Notes under the pieces: generated by a model
What the model was told of the DNA's origin: nothing
Seen by the model: the letters and a program-made list of their open reading frames with translations, nothing else
The model's database searches: none
Assembly (NCBI GenBank): GCA_937943575.1
Contig: CALEAV010000007.1
Location: 80,508-144,507, forward strand
DNA length: 64,000 bases
DNA from: an uncultured bacterium
Lineage (GTDB): Bacteria; Desulfobacterota; Desulfobaccia; Desulfobaccales; 0-14-0-80-60-11
Reading direction: 5' to 3'
Made by a program: the position numbers and the translations under genes
In this document: piece after piece, positions 51,051 to 61,356 of the stretch
How the letters are laid out: every line of letters begins with the position of its first letter
How positions within the stretch are numbered: position 1 is the stretch's first letter

Positions 51051-51847
51051 TTTCCCCCCTGCTGCAGGGCCTCCCGGAGTTTGGCCCTCAGCCGCACCAT
51101 GGCCTGGGTGTGCAGCTGGGAGATGCGGGATTCGGTATACCCCATGATCTCCCCGATTTCCTTCATGGTGAGTTCTTCATAATAGTAGAGGGAAATGAGG
51201 AGTTTTTCTTTGTCCGGCAGGGAATCAATCGCCTGCACCATGAGGTCCTGCAATTCGGAAAAATGAAGGGCCAGGAAGGGATCCCGGGCGTTGTCGTCCT
51301 GGAGAATTTCGGTGATCTCGCTGTCGGAGAGCTCCGGCGCCGCCCGGTGGCCCCGCCAAAGCCCCTCCAGGTCCACCAAAGAGACCGCCTTGGTCTCATC
51401 CAGAAGCTGGTAAAACTCCTCCAGCTCCAGCCCCAGAGCCTGGGAGATCTCCTCCGGCTCCGGCGGCCGCCCCAGGTGGCGCTCCAGCTCGGCGCAGGCC
51501 TTTTCCAGCAGGTGGGATTTCTTCCGCACCGAGCGGGGAATCCAGTCCAGGCTGCGCAACTCATCCAGGATGGCCCCCTTGATGCGAAATTCCGCATAGG
51601 TCTTGAAACTGATGTTCTTGCTGGGATCGAATTTATGGATGGCATCGATGAGGCCGATAATGCCGGAGCTGACAAGGTCGTCCATGGAGATGTGGGAGGG
51701 GAGCCTCAGAGCCAGGCGCCCCGCAATATATTTGATGAGGGGAGCATACTGGACGATCATCTGCTCCTGCCAGGCCGCATCCACCACCTCCGGCCACTGC
51801 TCCGGCCCCACACCCGTCTGCACCTGCGCCAACTTTTGCTTTTTCAT
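51047..51847 (-). CDS. fliA: Flagellar sigma factor FliA (sigma-28)
   Basis: Regions 2-4 recognisable: YAPLIKYIA, GLIDAIHKFD, FKTYAEFRIKGAILDELR, LSLYYYEELTMKEIGEIMGYTESRISQLH. Confidence 0.93.
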   Translation of the reverse strand: MKKQKLAQVQTGVGPEQWPEVVDAAWQEQMIVQYAPLIKYIAGRLALRLPSHISMDDLVSSGIIGLIDAIHKFDPSKNISFKTYAEFRIKGAILDELRSLDWIPRSVRKKSHLLEKACAELERHLGRPPEPEEISQALGLELEEFYQLLDETKAVSLVDLEGLWRGHRAAPELSDSEITEILQDDNARDPFLALHFSELQDLMVQAIDSLPDKEKLLISLYYYEELTMKEIGEIMGYTESRISQLHTQAMVRLRAKLREALQQGGK

Positions 51848-51860
51848 CAGTCCCTGACCC

Positions 51861-52733
51861 TCACACCGCCGTCTGTGCCAACCGCTGCCAGAAGAATTTC
51901 ACGTTGCTGAGGGAAACCGCGGGCGGACAGGAAGCCCACAGCCGGGAGGCCAGTTCAGTGATCCACCGGCTGACCTTGGCCTTGGGGTAAATCTGGAGTA
52001 CCGGCTGCTGTTTCAGGACCGCCCGACCGATGGCCTCATCGTGGGGGATGACCCCCAGGTAGTCCAGGGCGATGTCCTCGCCCAGGAAACGCTCGGTGAC
52101 TTTGAGAAGGGTGCGGTAAACCACCTGGCCGTCTTCGGGATGGGGGACCCCGTTGACCACCAGGCGGAAGCGCCGTTCCCCATGCTGGAGGGCCAAGACT
52201 TTCATCAGGGCATACGCATCGGTGATGGAGGTGGGCTCCCCGGTGGCCACCACCAAAATCTCCTGGGCCGCAAGATTGAAAAAGAGCACGTTGCGGGAGA
52301 TACCGGCGCCGGTGTCGATGAGCACCACATCCAGATCTTCCCCCACCTGGTCCAGTTCCTGGAGCAGGAAGAGTTTCTGGTGCGGCTCCAGGTCGGCCAT
52401 CTCCGGAATCCCCGAGGAGGCCGGCAGGATGCGCAGGCCGGCGGGACCCCGGACCACCACTTCCGCCAGGGTTTTACGCCGGGCCAGCACATCGTGAATG
52501 GTGTAGTGGGGGGTCAGGCCCAAGAGGATGTCCAGATTCCCCAGACCCAGGTCGGCGTCGATGAGGAGGACCTTCAGGCCCTGGCGGGCCCAGGCCAGCC
52601 CGATATTGACCACCAGGTTGGATTTGCCCACCCCCCCCTTACCGGAGGTGACGGCAATGACCCGGGGGATGGGGGGCACCCACATGGCCACAGATTGCCT
52701 CTTGGGGGCCTTATCCGTCTGCATGCAAGGCAA
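51861..52733 (-). CDS. flhG: MinD/ParA-type flagellar number regulator FlhG (FleN/YlxH)
   Basis: Deviant Walker A VTSGKGGVGKSN and C-terminal amphipathic tail. Positioned between flhF and fliA. Confidence 0.88.
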   Translation of the reverse strand: MPCMQTDKAPKRQSVAMWVPPIPRVIAVTSGKGGVGKSNLVVNIGLAWARQGLKVLLIDADLGLGNLDILLGLTPHYTIHDVLARRKTLAEVVVRGPAGLRILPASSGIPEMADLEPHQKLFLLQELDQVGEDLDVVLIDTGAGISRNVLFFNLAAQEILVVATGEPTSITDAYALMKVLALQHGERRFRLVVNGVPHPEDGQVVYRTLLKVTERFLGEDIALDYLGVIPHDEAIGRAVLKQQPVLQIYPKAKVSRWITELASRLWASCPPAVSLSNVKFFWQRLAQTAV

Positions 52734-53874
52734 CCTCCCCTGCTGGGGTGCCCGCGGCCTCGAGCGGCTCCGATCTCCGGGAGGCCAAAATTAGGGCGGC
52801 CAGACGGGAAGCGGTGGCGGCAGCCACATCCTCCGGAACCCGGGGACCGGTGGTAAGATATGAGACCGGAAGGCCGCTGTGGCAGAGCTGATTGATACAC
52901 CCCGCCAGATCCGGGGTTTCATCCACCTTGCTCAGGAGCACCGAAGCCAGTGGCAGGGCTCCGAAAGCCTGCAGGGTCAGGGCCAGATGGCTTTCGGAGG
53001 CCGGGGCGGGCAGCAGCAGATGGCATTCCACCGGCAGGTCCCCCAGCAGGTGCCGGAGATGCTCCCCCAGACCCGGGCGGCAGGGATTGAAGCCGGGGGT
53101 GTCGATGAAGATCTCCTCGCAGGTGCGGAGGCTTTCCAGGCACTGGAGCAGGTCTTCCCGACCCGCGGCCGACAGGCAGGGCAGGCCGGCCAGGCGGGCA
53201 AAGCTGGCCAACTGCTCCACCGCCCCCACCCTTTCGTGATCCAGGGAGATGAGGCCCACCCGCCTTCCCTCCACCAGGGCGGCCTTGATCGCCAGTTTGG
53301 CCAGGGTGGTGGTCTTGCCCACGCCACTCGCCCCCAAAAGCACCATCCGGCGGGAACCGTCATGATCGGAGCCTGATGACGGGCTGATGGGCAGGAGGTG
53401 CAAAAGCGCCCGAAGCGCTGCCTGGCTCTCCTCTTCTCGACCTCGCCGGCCCTTCAGGAGCGGGCGGACCTGGGCCAGCCATCTTCCCAGAACCAGGTCG
53501 CTGAGCCCCGCCCCGGCCAGCCGGTGGAAGAATGCCGTCGCCTCCGGATATGCCCCGAGCCACCCCGGGGGGACCTCCTGATGCAGCCGGCGGTGCAAGA
53601 GGCCTTTCACCTCCCGGAGCTCCTGGTACAGGGCCGCCAGCAACGGGGAAAAGCCCTCCGGGGAGTCGTGCGCCGCAGGCGGGCCCGCCAACCCCGGCAT
53701 GCTCCCCGGGGGCAGGGCCGCCACCACCTCGATCTCCCGCTTCCGGCGGTCGCCTCCCCCCCGGGCCGGGCGCCGGGACTGGGTGGAGAGGATGATGGCC
53801 TCCGGCCCCAGCTCCCGTTTCACCCGGGCCAGGGTCTCCTTCAGATCCGGACCCACAAAGGTTCTAAGCTCCAT
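52711..53874 (-). CDS. flhF: SRP-type GTPase FlhF
   Basis: N-terminal MELRTFVGPDLKETLARVKRELGPEAIILS, G-domain LLGASGVGKTTTLAKLA, IDTPG, SKVDET. Confidence 0.9.
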   Translation of the reverse strand: MELRTFVGPDLKETLARVKRELGPEAIILSTQSRRPARGGGDRRKREIEVVAALPPGSMPGLAGPPAAHDSPEGFSPLLAALYQELREVKGLLHRRLHQEVPPGWLGAYPEATAFFHRLAGAGLSDLVLGRWLAQVRPLLKGRRGREEESQAALRALLHLLPISPSSGSDHDGSRRMVLLGASGVGKTTTLAKLAIKAALVEGRRVGLISLDHERVGAVEQLASFARLAGLPCLSAAGREDLLQCLESLRTCEEIFIDTPGFNPCRPGLGEHLRHLLGDLPVECHLLLPAPASESHLALTLQAFGALPLASVLLSKVDETPDLAGCINQLCHSGLPVSYLTTGPRVPEDVAAATASRLAALILASRRSEPLEAAGTPAGEVALHADG

Positions 53875-55963
53875 GGCCCACGCTCACCACTCCCAGAGAC
53901 TGGATGGGCAGGTCAGTGTTCAGCTCGTGGGTGGACAGGACCCGCATCTGGGGCAGGGGGCGCTCCAGCAGGCGGGCCAGGTGCCGCCGCACCCCGGGGG
54001 AGCAGACCAAAACCGGGGGCAGGTTCTCCAGGGCGCAGCGCTCCACCGCCCGGCGGCAGGCGGCGATGATCTCTTCGGCGGTCTCCGGCGCCAGGGCCGA
54101 GTAGACCCCGAATTCCGTGCGTTGCAGACTGTCCTTGATCAGGTCCTCCACAAAGGGGTCCAGGGTGTAGACCGCCAGCCGGCGGTCCGGCGTCTCCAGG
54201 GCCTTCACCAGGGCCCGGCTCAGGCGCTGCCGCACATATTCCGTCAGGATCTCGGGGTCCTTGGTGTAACTGCCGAAGTCCGCCAGAGTCTCCATAATGG
54301 TGAGGAGGTCCCGGATGGAGACCTGTTCCCGCACCAGGTTCTGAAGCACCTTCTGGATGGTGCCCAAAGAAAGGAGCCCCGGGACCAGCTCCTCCACCAC
54401 CTTGGGGTGGGTCTGGGCCAGTCGGTCCAGGAGGCGCTGCACCTCCTGGCGGCCCAAAAGCTCATCGCAGTGGCGCCGGATGATCTCCCTCAGGTGGGTG
54501 GTGATGACGCTGGCCCCGTTCACCACGGTGTAGCCCAGATGTTGGGCCTCCTCCTTGCGGGAGGCGGGGATCCACAGGGCCGGGAGCTGGAAGGTGGGCT
54601 CCCGGGTGGGGATCCCCTCCAGGGGGCGGGCGGTGTCACCGGGGCTCAGGGCCAGGTAGTAGCCCACCATGATCTCCCCCTGGGCCACCTCAATGCCCTT
54701 GAGGAACACCGCATACTTGCCCGGTTTGAATTGCAGGTTGTCCCGGATATGGATGGGGGGAATCACCACCCCCATCTCCTGGGCAAACTGGCGACGCAGG
54801 CCCCGCACCCGCTCCAGGAGTTCGCCCCCCTGATTCTCATCCACCAGGGGGATGAGTCCGTAGCCGATTTCCAACTCCAGCAGATCCAGGGCAGGGAGGG
54901 ACTCCAGAGGGTCGCTCCGGGGGGCCGGCTTGGCCGCGGTTTGCCGGGCCGTCTCCTCCGCCTCTTTTTCCCGGACCTTCCATGCCACATAGGAGAGACC
55001 GCCGGTCACCACCGCCAGAATCAGGAAGGGCAGGTGCGGCAGGCCGGGAATGAGACCCACCAGGAAGATGATGCCCGCGGCCACGCTCATGGCCTGGGGC
55101 TTGAGGACGAACTGGGCGGCATACTCCTCCCCCAGGCTGGCCTCCGAGGCCGCCTTGCTCACCACCAGACCCGCGGCGGTGGAGATGAACAGGGCGGGAA
55201 TCTGGTTCACCAGGCCCTCGCCGATGGTGAGCAGCGTGTAGGTCTGGGCCGCCTCGGAGAGGGTGAGGCCGTGCTGGGCCACCCCGATGATGAGGCCGCC
55301 CACGATGTTGATGACCATAATCAACAGGGCGGCCATGGCCTCGCCCCGGACAAACTTGGAGGCCCCGTCCATGGCGCCGTAAAATTCCCCCTCCCGGGCC
55401 AGGGTGGCCCGCCGGCGCCGGGCCTCCTGGTCGTCGATGTAGCCGGCGTTGAGATCGGCATCGATGCTCATCTGTTTGCCGGGCATGGCGTCCAGGGTGA
55501 AGCGGGCCGCCACCTCGGCGATGCGGGTGGAACCTTTGATGATGACGATGAAATTGATGATCACCAGGATGATGAAGATGATGCCGCCCACCACATAGTT
55601 GCCCCCCACCACGAAACTGCCGAAGGAGCGGATGACCACCCCGGCGGCCTCCAGACCCTCGCCGCCATGCAGCAGGATGAGACGGGTGGAGGCCACCCCC
55701 AGAGAGAGGCGAAAGAGGGTGGTGACCAAAAGGAGGGAGGGGAAGATGAAGAACTCGATGGGCTTGATGGTGTAGAGGGACAGCAAAAGCACCATCAGGG
55801 AGAAGGTCAGGTTGAAGCTCAGCAGCAGATCCAGGAGGGTGCGGGGCAGGGGGAAGATCATCACCAGAAGGGTGATGATCACCCCCAGGGCCACGAAGAG
55901 TTCGCCCTTATGGAGGCCCACTTTCGGATAGGCCTGAACCTGACCGGCGGCCGTGGGGGTCAT
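53864..55963 (-). CDS. flhA: Flagellar type III export protein FlhA
   Basis: 699 aa. FHIPEP region (AEVAARFTLDAMPGKQMSIDADL) and cytoplasmic C-domain. Confidence 0.96.
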   Translation of the reverse strand: MTPTAAGQVQAYPKVGLHKGELFVALGVIITLLVMIFPLPRTLLDLLLSFNLTFSLMVLLLSLYTIKPIEFFIFPSLLLVTTLFRLSLGVASTRLILLHGGEGLEAAGVVIRSFGSFVVGGNYVVGGIIFIILVIINFIVIIKGSTRIAEVAARFTLDAMPGKQMSIDADLNAGYIDDQEARRRRATLAREGEFYGAMDGASKFVRGEAMAALLIMVINIVGGLIIGVAQHGLTLSEAAQTYTLLTIGEGLVNQIPALFISTAAGLVVSKAASEASLGEEYAAQFVLKPQAMSVAAGIIFLVGLIPGLPHLPFLILAVVTGGLSYVAWKVREKEAEETARQTAAKPAPRSDPLESLPALDLLELEIGYGLIPLVDENQGGELLERVRGLRRQFAQEMGVVIPPIHIRDNLQFKPGKYAVFLKGIEVAQGEIMVGYYLALSPGDTARPLEGIPTREPTFQLPALWIPASRKEEAQHLGYTVVNGASVITTHLREIIRRHCDELLGRQEVQRLLDRLAQTHPKVVEELVPGLLSLGTIQKVLQNLVREQVSIRDLLTIMETLADFGSYTKDPEILTEYVRQRLSRALVKALETPDRRLAVYTLDPFVEDLIKDSLQRTEFGVYSALAPETAEEIIAACRRAVERCALENLPPVLVCSPGVRRHLARLLERPLPQMRVLSTHELNTDLPIQSLGVVSVGHGA

Positions 55964-57045
55964 CGGCTGCCTCCCCCGGGAGCCCGGCGGCCCCGAAGCC
56001 GATAGACATACGCCAGCACTTCGGCCACCGCCCGATAAAGGGAGGTGGGGATGAAGGCCCCCACCTCCACGGATTTATAGAGGGTCCGGGCCAGCTCCAC
56101 GTTCTGCACCAAAGGCACGCCGGCCTCCTGGGCCAGGGCCATGATCTTTAAGGCCACAAACCCCTGACCTTTGGCCACCACCTGGGGGGCGATCATGGTG
56201 GCGCCGTCGTATTTCAGGGCCACCGCCACGTGGGTGGGGTTGGTGATCACCACCTCGGCCCGGGGGACCTCCGCCATCATCCGCCGGGTGGCCATCTGGC
56301 GCATGAGGCTGCGCATCCGGGCCTTGACGCGGGGATCCCCCTCGGTCTGGCGCATCTCCTCCTTCACCTCCTGCTTGGTCATGCGCAGATTCTTCTCGAA
56401 GCGGTAGCGCTGCAGGAGGTAATCGAGAATCCCCAGGACCAACAGGCCCAGGAGGATGCGCCACCCCACCTGGCGACCGGTGGAGCCCAAAAAACCGGGC
56501 AGGCGGGCCGGGTCGGAGAAGAGCAGCTCCGGCACCCGGGAGCACAGGGGGGCCACGGTGAGATAAGCGATGCCGCCGATGAGGGCCACCTTGAGGAGGG
56601 CCTTGCCCAATTCCAGGAAGGCCTGGCCGGAGAAGAGCCGCTTCAGCCCGGGGAGCAGGAGCACCCGGGAAAAATCCGGGGCCAGGCGCTGCGGGGCAAA
56701 CAAAAAGCCCCCCTGGAGCGCCACGGCGGCGAGGGCGGCCACCGTCAAGCCCAGCAGGACCGGGGCCAGCAGGGCCGCCAGGGTGAGGGTGACCCCGTGA
56801 AAGAGACGCCACACCTCCCCGGGCTGCCCCCATCCCGGCTGCAAGGCGGCCAGCCAGGCGCTGAGCCAGGCTTTTTGGCGGGCCGCCGCCCAGGGGCCCC
56901 ACAGCGTCAGCAGCCCCAGACCGGTAAACAGGACCAAGGCGGTGCTCAGGTCCCGGCTGCGGGCAATGTGGCCCCGGCGGCGGGCCTCCTGGCGCCGCTT
57001 GGGAGTGGGTTGCTCGGTCCGGTCCTGGTAGGAGTCCTCAGCCAT
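55960..57045 (-). CDS. flhB: Flagellar type III export protein FlhB
   Basis: QDRTEQPTPKRRQEARRRG N-terminus and autocleavage motif NPTH (VVITNPTHVAVAL). Confidence 0.95.
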   Translation of the reverse strand: MAEDSYQDRTEQPTPKRRQEARRRGHIARSRDLSTALVLFTGLGLLTLWGPWAAARQKAWLSAWLAALQPGWGQPGEVWRLFHGVTLTLAALLAPVLLGLTVAALAAVALQGGFLFAPQRLAPDFSRVLLLPGLKRLFSGQAFLELGKALLKVALIGGIAYLTVAPLCSRVPELLFSDPARLPGFLGSTGRQVGWRILLGLLVLGILDYLLQRYRFEKNLRMTKQEVKEEMRQTEGDPRVKARMRSLMRQMATRRMMAEVPRAEVVITNPTHVAVALKYDGATMIAPQVVAKGQGFVALKIMALAQEAGVPLVQNVELARTLYKSVEVGAFIPTSLYRAVAEVLAYVYRLRGRRAPGGGSR

Positions 57046-57048
57046 GGT

Positions 57049-57825
57049 TTACCGGGAAAAAGCCTGCACCCCCTGAGCCACCGGCAGCTCCAGGGCGCGG
57101 AACTGTTCCGTCAGAAAGGGCCCCAGCAAGGAAACCAGCAGCGCCAGGGTGAAGAGTCCCAGGGCAATGGTGAGGGGAAAGCTCAGGAGCATCACCTGTA
57201 TCTGGGGCACTGCCCGGGAGACCAGCCCCAGGGCCACCTGGACCAGGAAGAAGAGGGCCATGAGGGGTGCCGCCAGTTTCACCGCCACCTGCCACATCCA
57301 GCGCCCCAGGCCCGCCAGCCAGGGGAGAAGCCCCCCGGGCAGGGCCAGGTCGGCGGCCATGGGGACCTCAGTGAAGCTCCCCACCAGCAGGCGCAGCAGG
57401 AAGTGATGCCCCTCCCCCACCAAAAAGAGCAGCACCGCCAGGCGGAGCAGGAGATCGCCCAGCACGGTATTCTGGGCGGGGCTCTGGGGGTCGATGAGGG
57501 TGATCATGCCAAAACCCATCTGCAGGGAGACCAGGTTGCCCGCCATCTGCACCCCGGTCAGGAGAAAACGCAGGGTGAGGCCGAGGCTGAACCCCAGGAG
57601 CACCTCCCGGCCCACCATGAAGAGCAGGCCCACGAGGGAGGACGGCCATGCCGGCAGGTGAGGCGCCACCACCGGGGTGAGGCAGAAGGAGAGCGCCAGC
57701 AGGGAGGCGGCCTTCACCGGCAGGGGGAGGAGGCGGTGGTCCCAGACCGGCCAGAAGACGAGGAGGCAGCTGGCGCGCAGGGTCACCAGGAGAAAGGGCT
57801 GCCACAGATTCAGAAGCCCGTCCAC
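57049..57825 (-). CDS. fliR: Flagellar export protein FliR
   Basis: 258 aa polytopic membrane protein at the conserved fliQ-fliR-flhB position. Confidence 0.88.
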   Translation of the reverse strand: MDGLLNLWQPFLLVTLRASCLLVFWPVWDHRLLPLPVKAASLLALSFCLTPVVAPHLPAWPSSLVGLLFMVGREVLLGFSLGLTLRFLLTGVQMAGNLVSLQMGFGMITLIDPQSPAQNTVLGDLLLRLAVLLFLVGEGHHFLLRLLVGSFTEVPMAADLALPGGLLPWLAGLGRWMWQVAVKLAAPLMALFFLVQVALGLVSRAVPQIQVMLLSFPLTIALGLFTLALLVSLLGPFLTEQFRALELPVAQGVQAFSR

Positions 57826-57835
57826 ATCCCACCTC

Positions 57836-58105
57836 TCAGCGCAGGTAACGGGGCAGGTTGCCCAACAGCTCCACGGTAAAACCCATGAGTTGGTTCATGA
57901 TCCAGGGGAGCAGCAGCAGCAGCCCCACAAAGATGCTGACGATCTTGGGGACAAAGGTGAGGGTCATCTCCTGAATCTGGGTGGCCGCCTGAAAGAGGCT
58001 CACCAGAATTCCCACCACCAAGCCGATGCCCAGGATGGGCAGGCTCACCAGGAGGGTCACTTTGACCGCCTGACGGCTCAGTTCCAGGACCAATTCCGGA
58101 CTCAT
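57836..58105 (-). CDS. fliQ: Flagellar export protein FliQ
   Basis: 89 aa, two TM segments, LVSLFQAATQIQEMTLTFVPK. Confidence 0.92.
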   Translation of the reverse strand: MSPELVLELSRQAVKVTLLVSLPILGIGLVVGILVSLFQAATQIQEMTLTFVPKIVSIFVGLLLLLPWIMNQLMGFTVELLGNLPRYLR

Positions 58106-58120
58106 CTCTCCCCCCAGGGC

Positions 58121-58849
58121 TCAGTGGAAACTCCGCACCAGGGAGCCCACCACCAGATTCCAGCCGTCCACCAGGACAAAGAGAAGCACCTTGAAGACCA
58201 GGGAGACCATCACCGGTGGCAGCATCATCATGCCCATGGACAGAAGCACCGAGGCCACCACCATGTCGATAATGAGAAACGGGAGGAAGACGAGAAAGCC
58301 GATCTCAAAGGCCGTCCGCAGTTCACTGATCATGAAGGCCGGGATGACCGCGGTGGTGGGGACCTCGGCGAAATTCTGCGGCTTCGGCCGGTTCATCAGG
58401 CTGACAAACAGGGCCAGGTCCTTTTCCCGGGTCTGCTTGAACATGAAGCGGCGCAGAGGTTCCAGACCCCGGGTCAGGGCCTCCTCCCCCGGGATCCGGC
58501 CCTCGATATACGGGGTCACCGCCTGCTCCTGCACTTCCTGCCACACCGGGGCCATGATGAAGAGGGTGAGAAAGAGGGCCAAGGCGATGAGGATCTGGTT
58601 GGGGGGCAGCTGCTGGGTGCCCAGGGCATGGCGCAGAAAGGCAAAGACCACCACCAGGCGGGTGAAGGAGGTGACCATGATGAGGAGGGCGGGGGCCAAA
58701 GACAGGGCGGTGAGGAGAAAGAGCAGTTTCAGGGACAGGCTGAGGCCCTGGGGCGCCAGGGCCTGCTCCAGGCCCCAGCCTGCAGCCCCGCCGCTCCCCG
58801 GCCACAGGGCCAGAATCACACCCAGAAGGCCTGCCGCCAGGCGCTTCAT
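58121..58849 (-). CDS. fliP: Flagellar export protein FliP
   Basis: Start trimmed to [11 protein letters not shown] (ATG 58849, ATGA overlap with the fliO stop). [39 protein letters not shown]. Confidence 0.93.
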   Translation of the reverse strand: MKRLAAGLLGVILALWPGSGGAAGWGLEQALAPQGLSLSLKLLFLLTALSLAPALLIMVTSFTRLVVVFAFLRHALGTQQLPPNQILIALALFLTLFIMAPVWQEVQEQAVTPYIEGRIPGEEALTRGLEPLRRFMFKQTREKDLALFVSLMNRPKPQNFAEVPTTAVIPAFMISELRTAFEIGFLVFLPFLIIDMVVASVLLSMGMMMLPPVMVSLVFKVLLFVLVDGWNLVVGSLVRSFH

Positions 58850-59223
58850 GCCCTGTCCTCCTGGGGAACCAGGGCGCCGGGATCCGGCTCCTCCCCGGGG
58901 GGCAGGGCGGTGAGGAGCTCCACCCGCTCGGGGCTGGAGGCCAGGAGAAACCGCTGGCGCCCCACCGCCACCACCCACAGGGCCTGGCGCGCCGCCAGGT
59001 AGTGGGTGGAGAGCACCTGGATATAAGGCGGCCGGGAGGCCGGGGTGAGACGGAAGCGGCGGAGCAGGTGCAGGCCCCCCACCAACAGGCCCAGGAGGCC
59101 CAGGAGCACCCCCAGGACCCGGAGGAGCTCCCCCGCCAGGGAGGCGGGGGCGCTTGGCAGCGCCGCCAGCCCCGCTGCCTCCCCTGCCACCGTGGCCGCC
59201 AGGCTCATGAGCTCTTCGCCCAT
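58846..59223 (-). CDS. fliO: Flagellar protein FliO/FliZ
   Basis: 125 aa single-TM protein ([18 protein letters not shown]) between fliN and fliP. Confidence 0.75.
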   Translation of the reverse strand: MGEELMSLAATVAGEAAGLAALPSAPASLAGELLRVLGVLLGLLGLLVGGLHLLRRFRLTPASRPPYIQVLSTHYLAARQALWVVAVGRQRFLLASSPERVELLTALPPGEEPDPGALVPQEDRA

Positions 59224-59226
59224 GGC

Positions 59227-59661
59227 TCATCCCAGCTGCTTGATGCGGTCCACCGGACTGATGATGTCCGTGAGCCGGATGCCGAATTTTTCATTGACCA
59301 CCACCACTTCCCCCCGGGCGATGAGCTTCTGGTTCACCAGAATCTCCAGGGGCTCCCCCGCCAGCTTGTTGAGTTCGATGACCGAGCCCTGGCCCAGTTG
59401 CAAAAGATCGTTGATGATCATGCGGGTGCGGCCCAGCTCGGCGGTGATTTCCAAGGGAATATCCAGGAGCAGGGCCAGATTGGGGGACTCACCGCGGTCG
59501 TCCCCCGCCCGCTGGGGGTCGGGTCCTCCCGGGGCTGCCGGGGAGGGCTTCGGGACGGCGGGGCTTGCCGGTTCCTCCAAGGGGCTGTCCCAATCAAAAT
59601 CCATGGGGGGCTGGGTCTTGGGGTCGTGAGCCATGATGCACGGGTCCTCCCGCTCAGGCAT
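59227..59661 (-). CDS. fliN: Flagellar motor switch protein FliN
   Basis: C-terminal SpoA/FliN domain [47 protein letters not shown]. Confidence 0.92.
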   Translation of the reverse strand: MPEREDPCIMAHDPKTQPPMDFDWDSPLEEPASPAVPKPSPAAPGGPDPQRAGDDRGESPNLALLLDIPLEITAELGRTRMIINDLLQLGQGSVIELNKLAGEPLEILVNQKLIARGEVVVVNEKFGIRLTDIISPVDRIKQLG

Positions 59662-60658
59662 GGGGATAGAGGAGGCGCTGGATCTTCAGGGCCTTGGCCT
59701 TCTGAAGCTGGCCGGCAAAACCGGTGAATTTGGGGATGCCCGCCACCTTGCCCACCAGCGGCTCGGTGATTTTCTTCTCAAAGAGGATGATGTCTCCCAC
59801 CGCCAGATTGAGGATGTCCCGGGCCCGCATGGTGGTGGAGGCCAGCTCCACCACCACCTCCACCGGCATGTCTTTGAGCTCTTCCTGGATGCGCTGGGTC
59901 CAGCGGTTGTCCATCTCCAGCTGCTCGCTCTGGAAGCCGGAGTAGAGCCGGCCCTTGATGGGCTCGATGGTGGCGTAGGGGATGCACACGGTGAGGTAGC
60001 CGTCCGTCTGCTCCATCTCCACCTGGAAGCGGCTCACCACCATAATGTCGTTGGGGGTGGCCACCCCCACGAACATGGGGTTGATCTCCACCCGCACCAG
60101 GTGCATCTTCACGGGGTGCACCGGCTGCCAGGCCTTCTCCAGGTCCTGGAAGGCCATGAGCACCACCTTCTGGATGAGGCGGCGTTCGATGGTGGTGAAA
60201 TCCCGGCCTTCAATCTTGAAGCGCACCCGGGCGTTGCCCCCCAGGAAGCACTCCACCAGGGTGAAGACCAGCTTGCTGTCCACCACCAGGAGGCACTGTC
60301 CCCTCAGGGGCTCCATGCGGAAGATGTGGAAGCTGCAGGGCATGGGGAGGGAGCGCAAAACCTCGCCGTATTTCTGCATCTGCACAAAATTGGTCTGCAG
60401 ATCCACGGTGCGCCTCAGGATCATGGACAGGGAGATGCGGAAGGCCCGGGCGAAATGCTCGTTGATCACCTCCATGGTGGGCATGCGGCCCCGGATGATG
60501 CGCTCCTGGGAGGTGAAATCGTAGGGGATTACGCCCTCGGGCAGGGGACGGGGTTTACTCTCCGCCTCAATGTCGCCGTCCACCAGCCCTTTGAGGAGGG
60601 CATCCACCTCTTCCTGGGACAGGACCTTGGTCACCGCGCCCCTCCTATTGGGCCACAA
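59654..60658 (-). CDS. fliM: Flagellar motor switch protein FliM
   Basis: [10 protein letters not shown] CheY-P binding N-terminus. 334 aa middle and C-terminal FliM domains. Confidence 0.94.
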   Translation of the reverse strand: MWPNRRGAVTKVLSQEEVDALLKGLVDGDIEAESKPRPLPEGVIPYDFTSQERIIRGRMPTMEVINEHFARAFRISLSMILRRTVDLQTNFVQMQKYGEVLRSLPMPCSFHIFRMEPLRGQCLLVVDSKLVFTLVECFLGGNARVRFKIEGRDFTTIERRLIQKVVLMAFQDLEKAWQPVHPVKMHLVRVEINPMFVGVATPNDIMVVSRFQVEMEQTDGYLTVCIPYATIEPIKGRLYSGFQSEQLEMDNRWTQRIQEELKDMPVEVVVELASTTMRARDILNLAVGDIILFEKKITEPLVGKVAGIPKFTGFAGQLQKAKALKIQRLLYPHA

Positions 60659-61112
60659 ACTCGGTGAAATAGATTTCCCGGACCTTCTTCCCCCCGGGGA
60701 TCAGAGCCAACTGGGTGAGCATCTCTTCCTTCAGGCGCAGCTTGCCCTCGGGGGTGGCCAAATCCTTGAAGGTTTTGCTCCCCAGAAGCAGAATGAAGGC
60801 GTCCCGGATGCGGGGCAGGACCTTTTCCAGCTCCTTGACGGTCTTGTCCTGGTCCACCCCCAGCTCCACCCTGATCTTCAGGTAGCGGCGGGTCTCCTGG
60901 TCCGCCAGGTTGATGAGGAAGGGCTCCAGGGACATGGTGGCCCCGGGGGCGGTTTTGGCCTCCTCTTTGGCGCCGGCCGGGGAGCCGGCAGCCGAGGGGT
61001 CGTCCGTCAGGAGGAGATAGGCCAGCCCGCCCCCGGACACAAGCAGCAGCGCCACTGCCGCCAAAAGCAGGAGTTTGAGGCCTCGGTTTTTTTTCGGGGT
61101 CGCCTCGGTCAT
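60645..61112 (-). CDS. fliL: Flagellar basal-body-associated protein FliL
   Basis: N-terminal TM, then LEPFLINLADQETRRYLKIRVELGVD...LPRIRDAFILLLGSKT...IYFTEFVAQ. Confidence 0.88.
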   Translation of the reverse strand: MTEATPKKNRGLKLLLLAAVALLLVSGGGLAYLLLTDDPSAAGSPAGAKEEAKTAPGATMSLEPFLINLADQETRRYLKIRVELGVDQDKTVKELEKVLPRIRDAFILLLGSKTFKDLATPEGKLRLKEEMLTQLALIPGGKKVREIYFTEFVAQ

Positions 61113-61284
61113 GTCTCCCTCGCGGGTCAGGGGGTCACCTGAGGGTGAGCAATCCCCGTGCCAAGGCCGGTTTTCGGGGGCAAAGGACTATCTCCCTGAT
61201 ATTGCAGCCAGTTCCGCTCACCCAGACTTGGGCCGCCGTCAAAGAAGAGGCGGGGAGTCAATTTTTTGACGGATAAGGAGCAGG

Positions 61285-61299
61285 GCTTTTTCATTGCCA
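61285..61299 (-). promoter_or_regulatory. Weak sigma-54-like -24/-12 element (TGGCAA-N5-AAGC) upstream of fliL
   Basis: Minus strand TGGCAATGAAAAAGC has GG and GC at the canonical 10-nt spacing, about 170 nt upstream of the fliL ATG. The -12 region departs from TTGC. Confidence 0.25.
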
Positions 61300-61356
61300 A
61301 GCCGGGCTCCGCGTGGTAAATGTCAATTAATCTCATGAGATAGGATATGAACGGCC

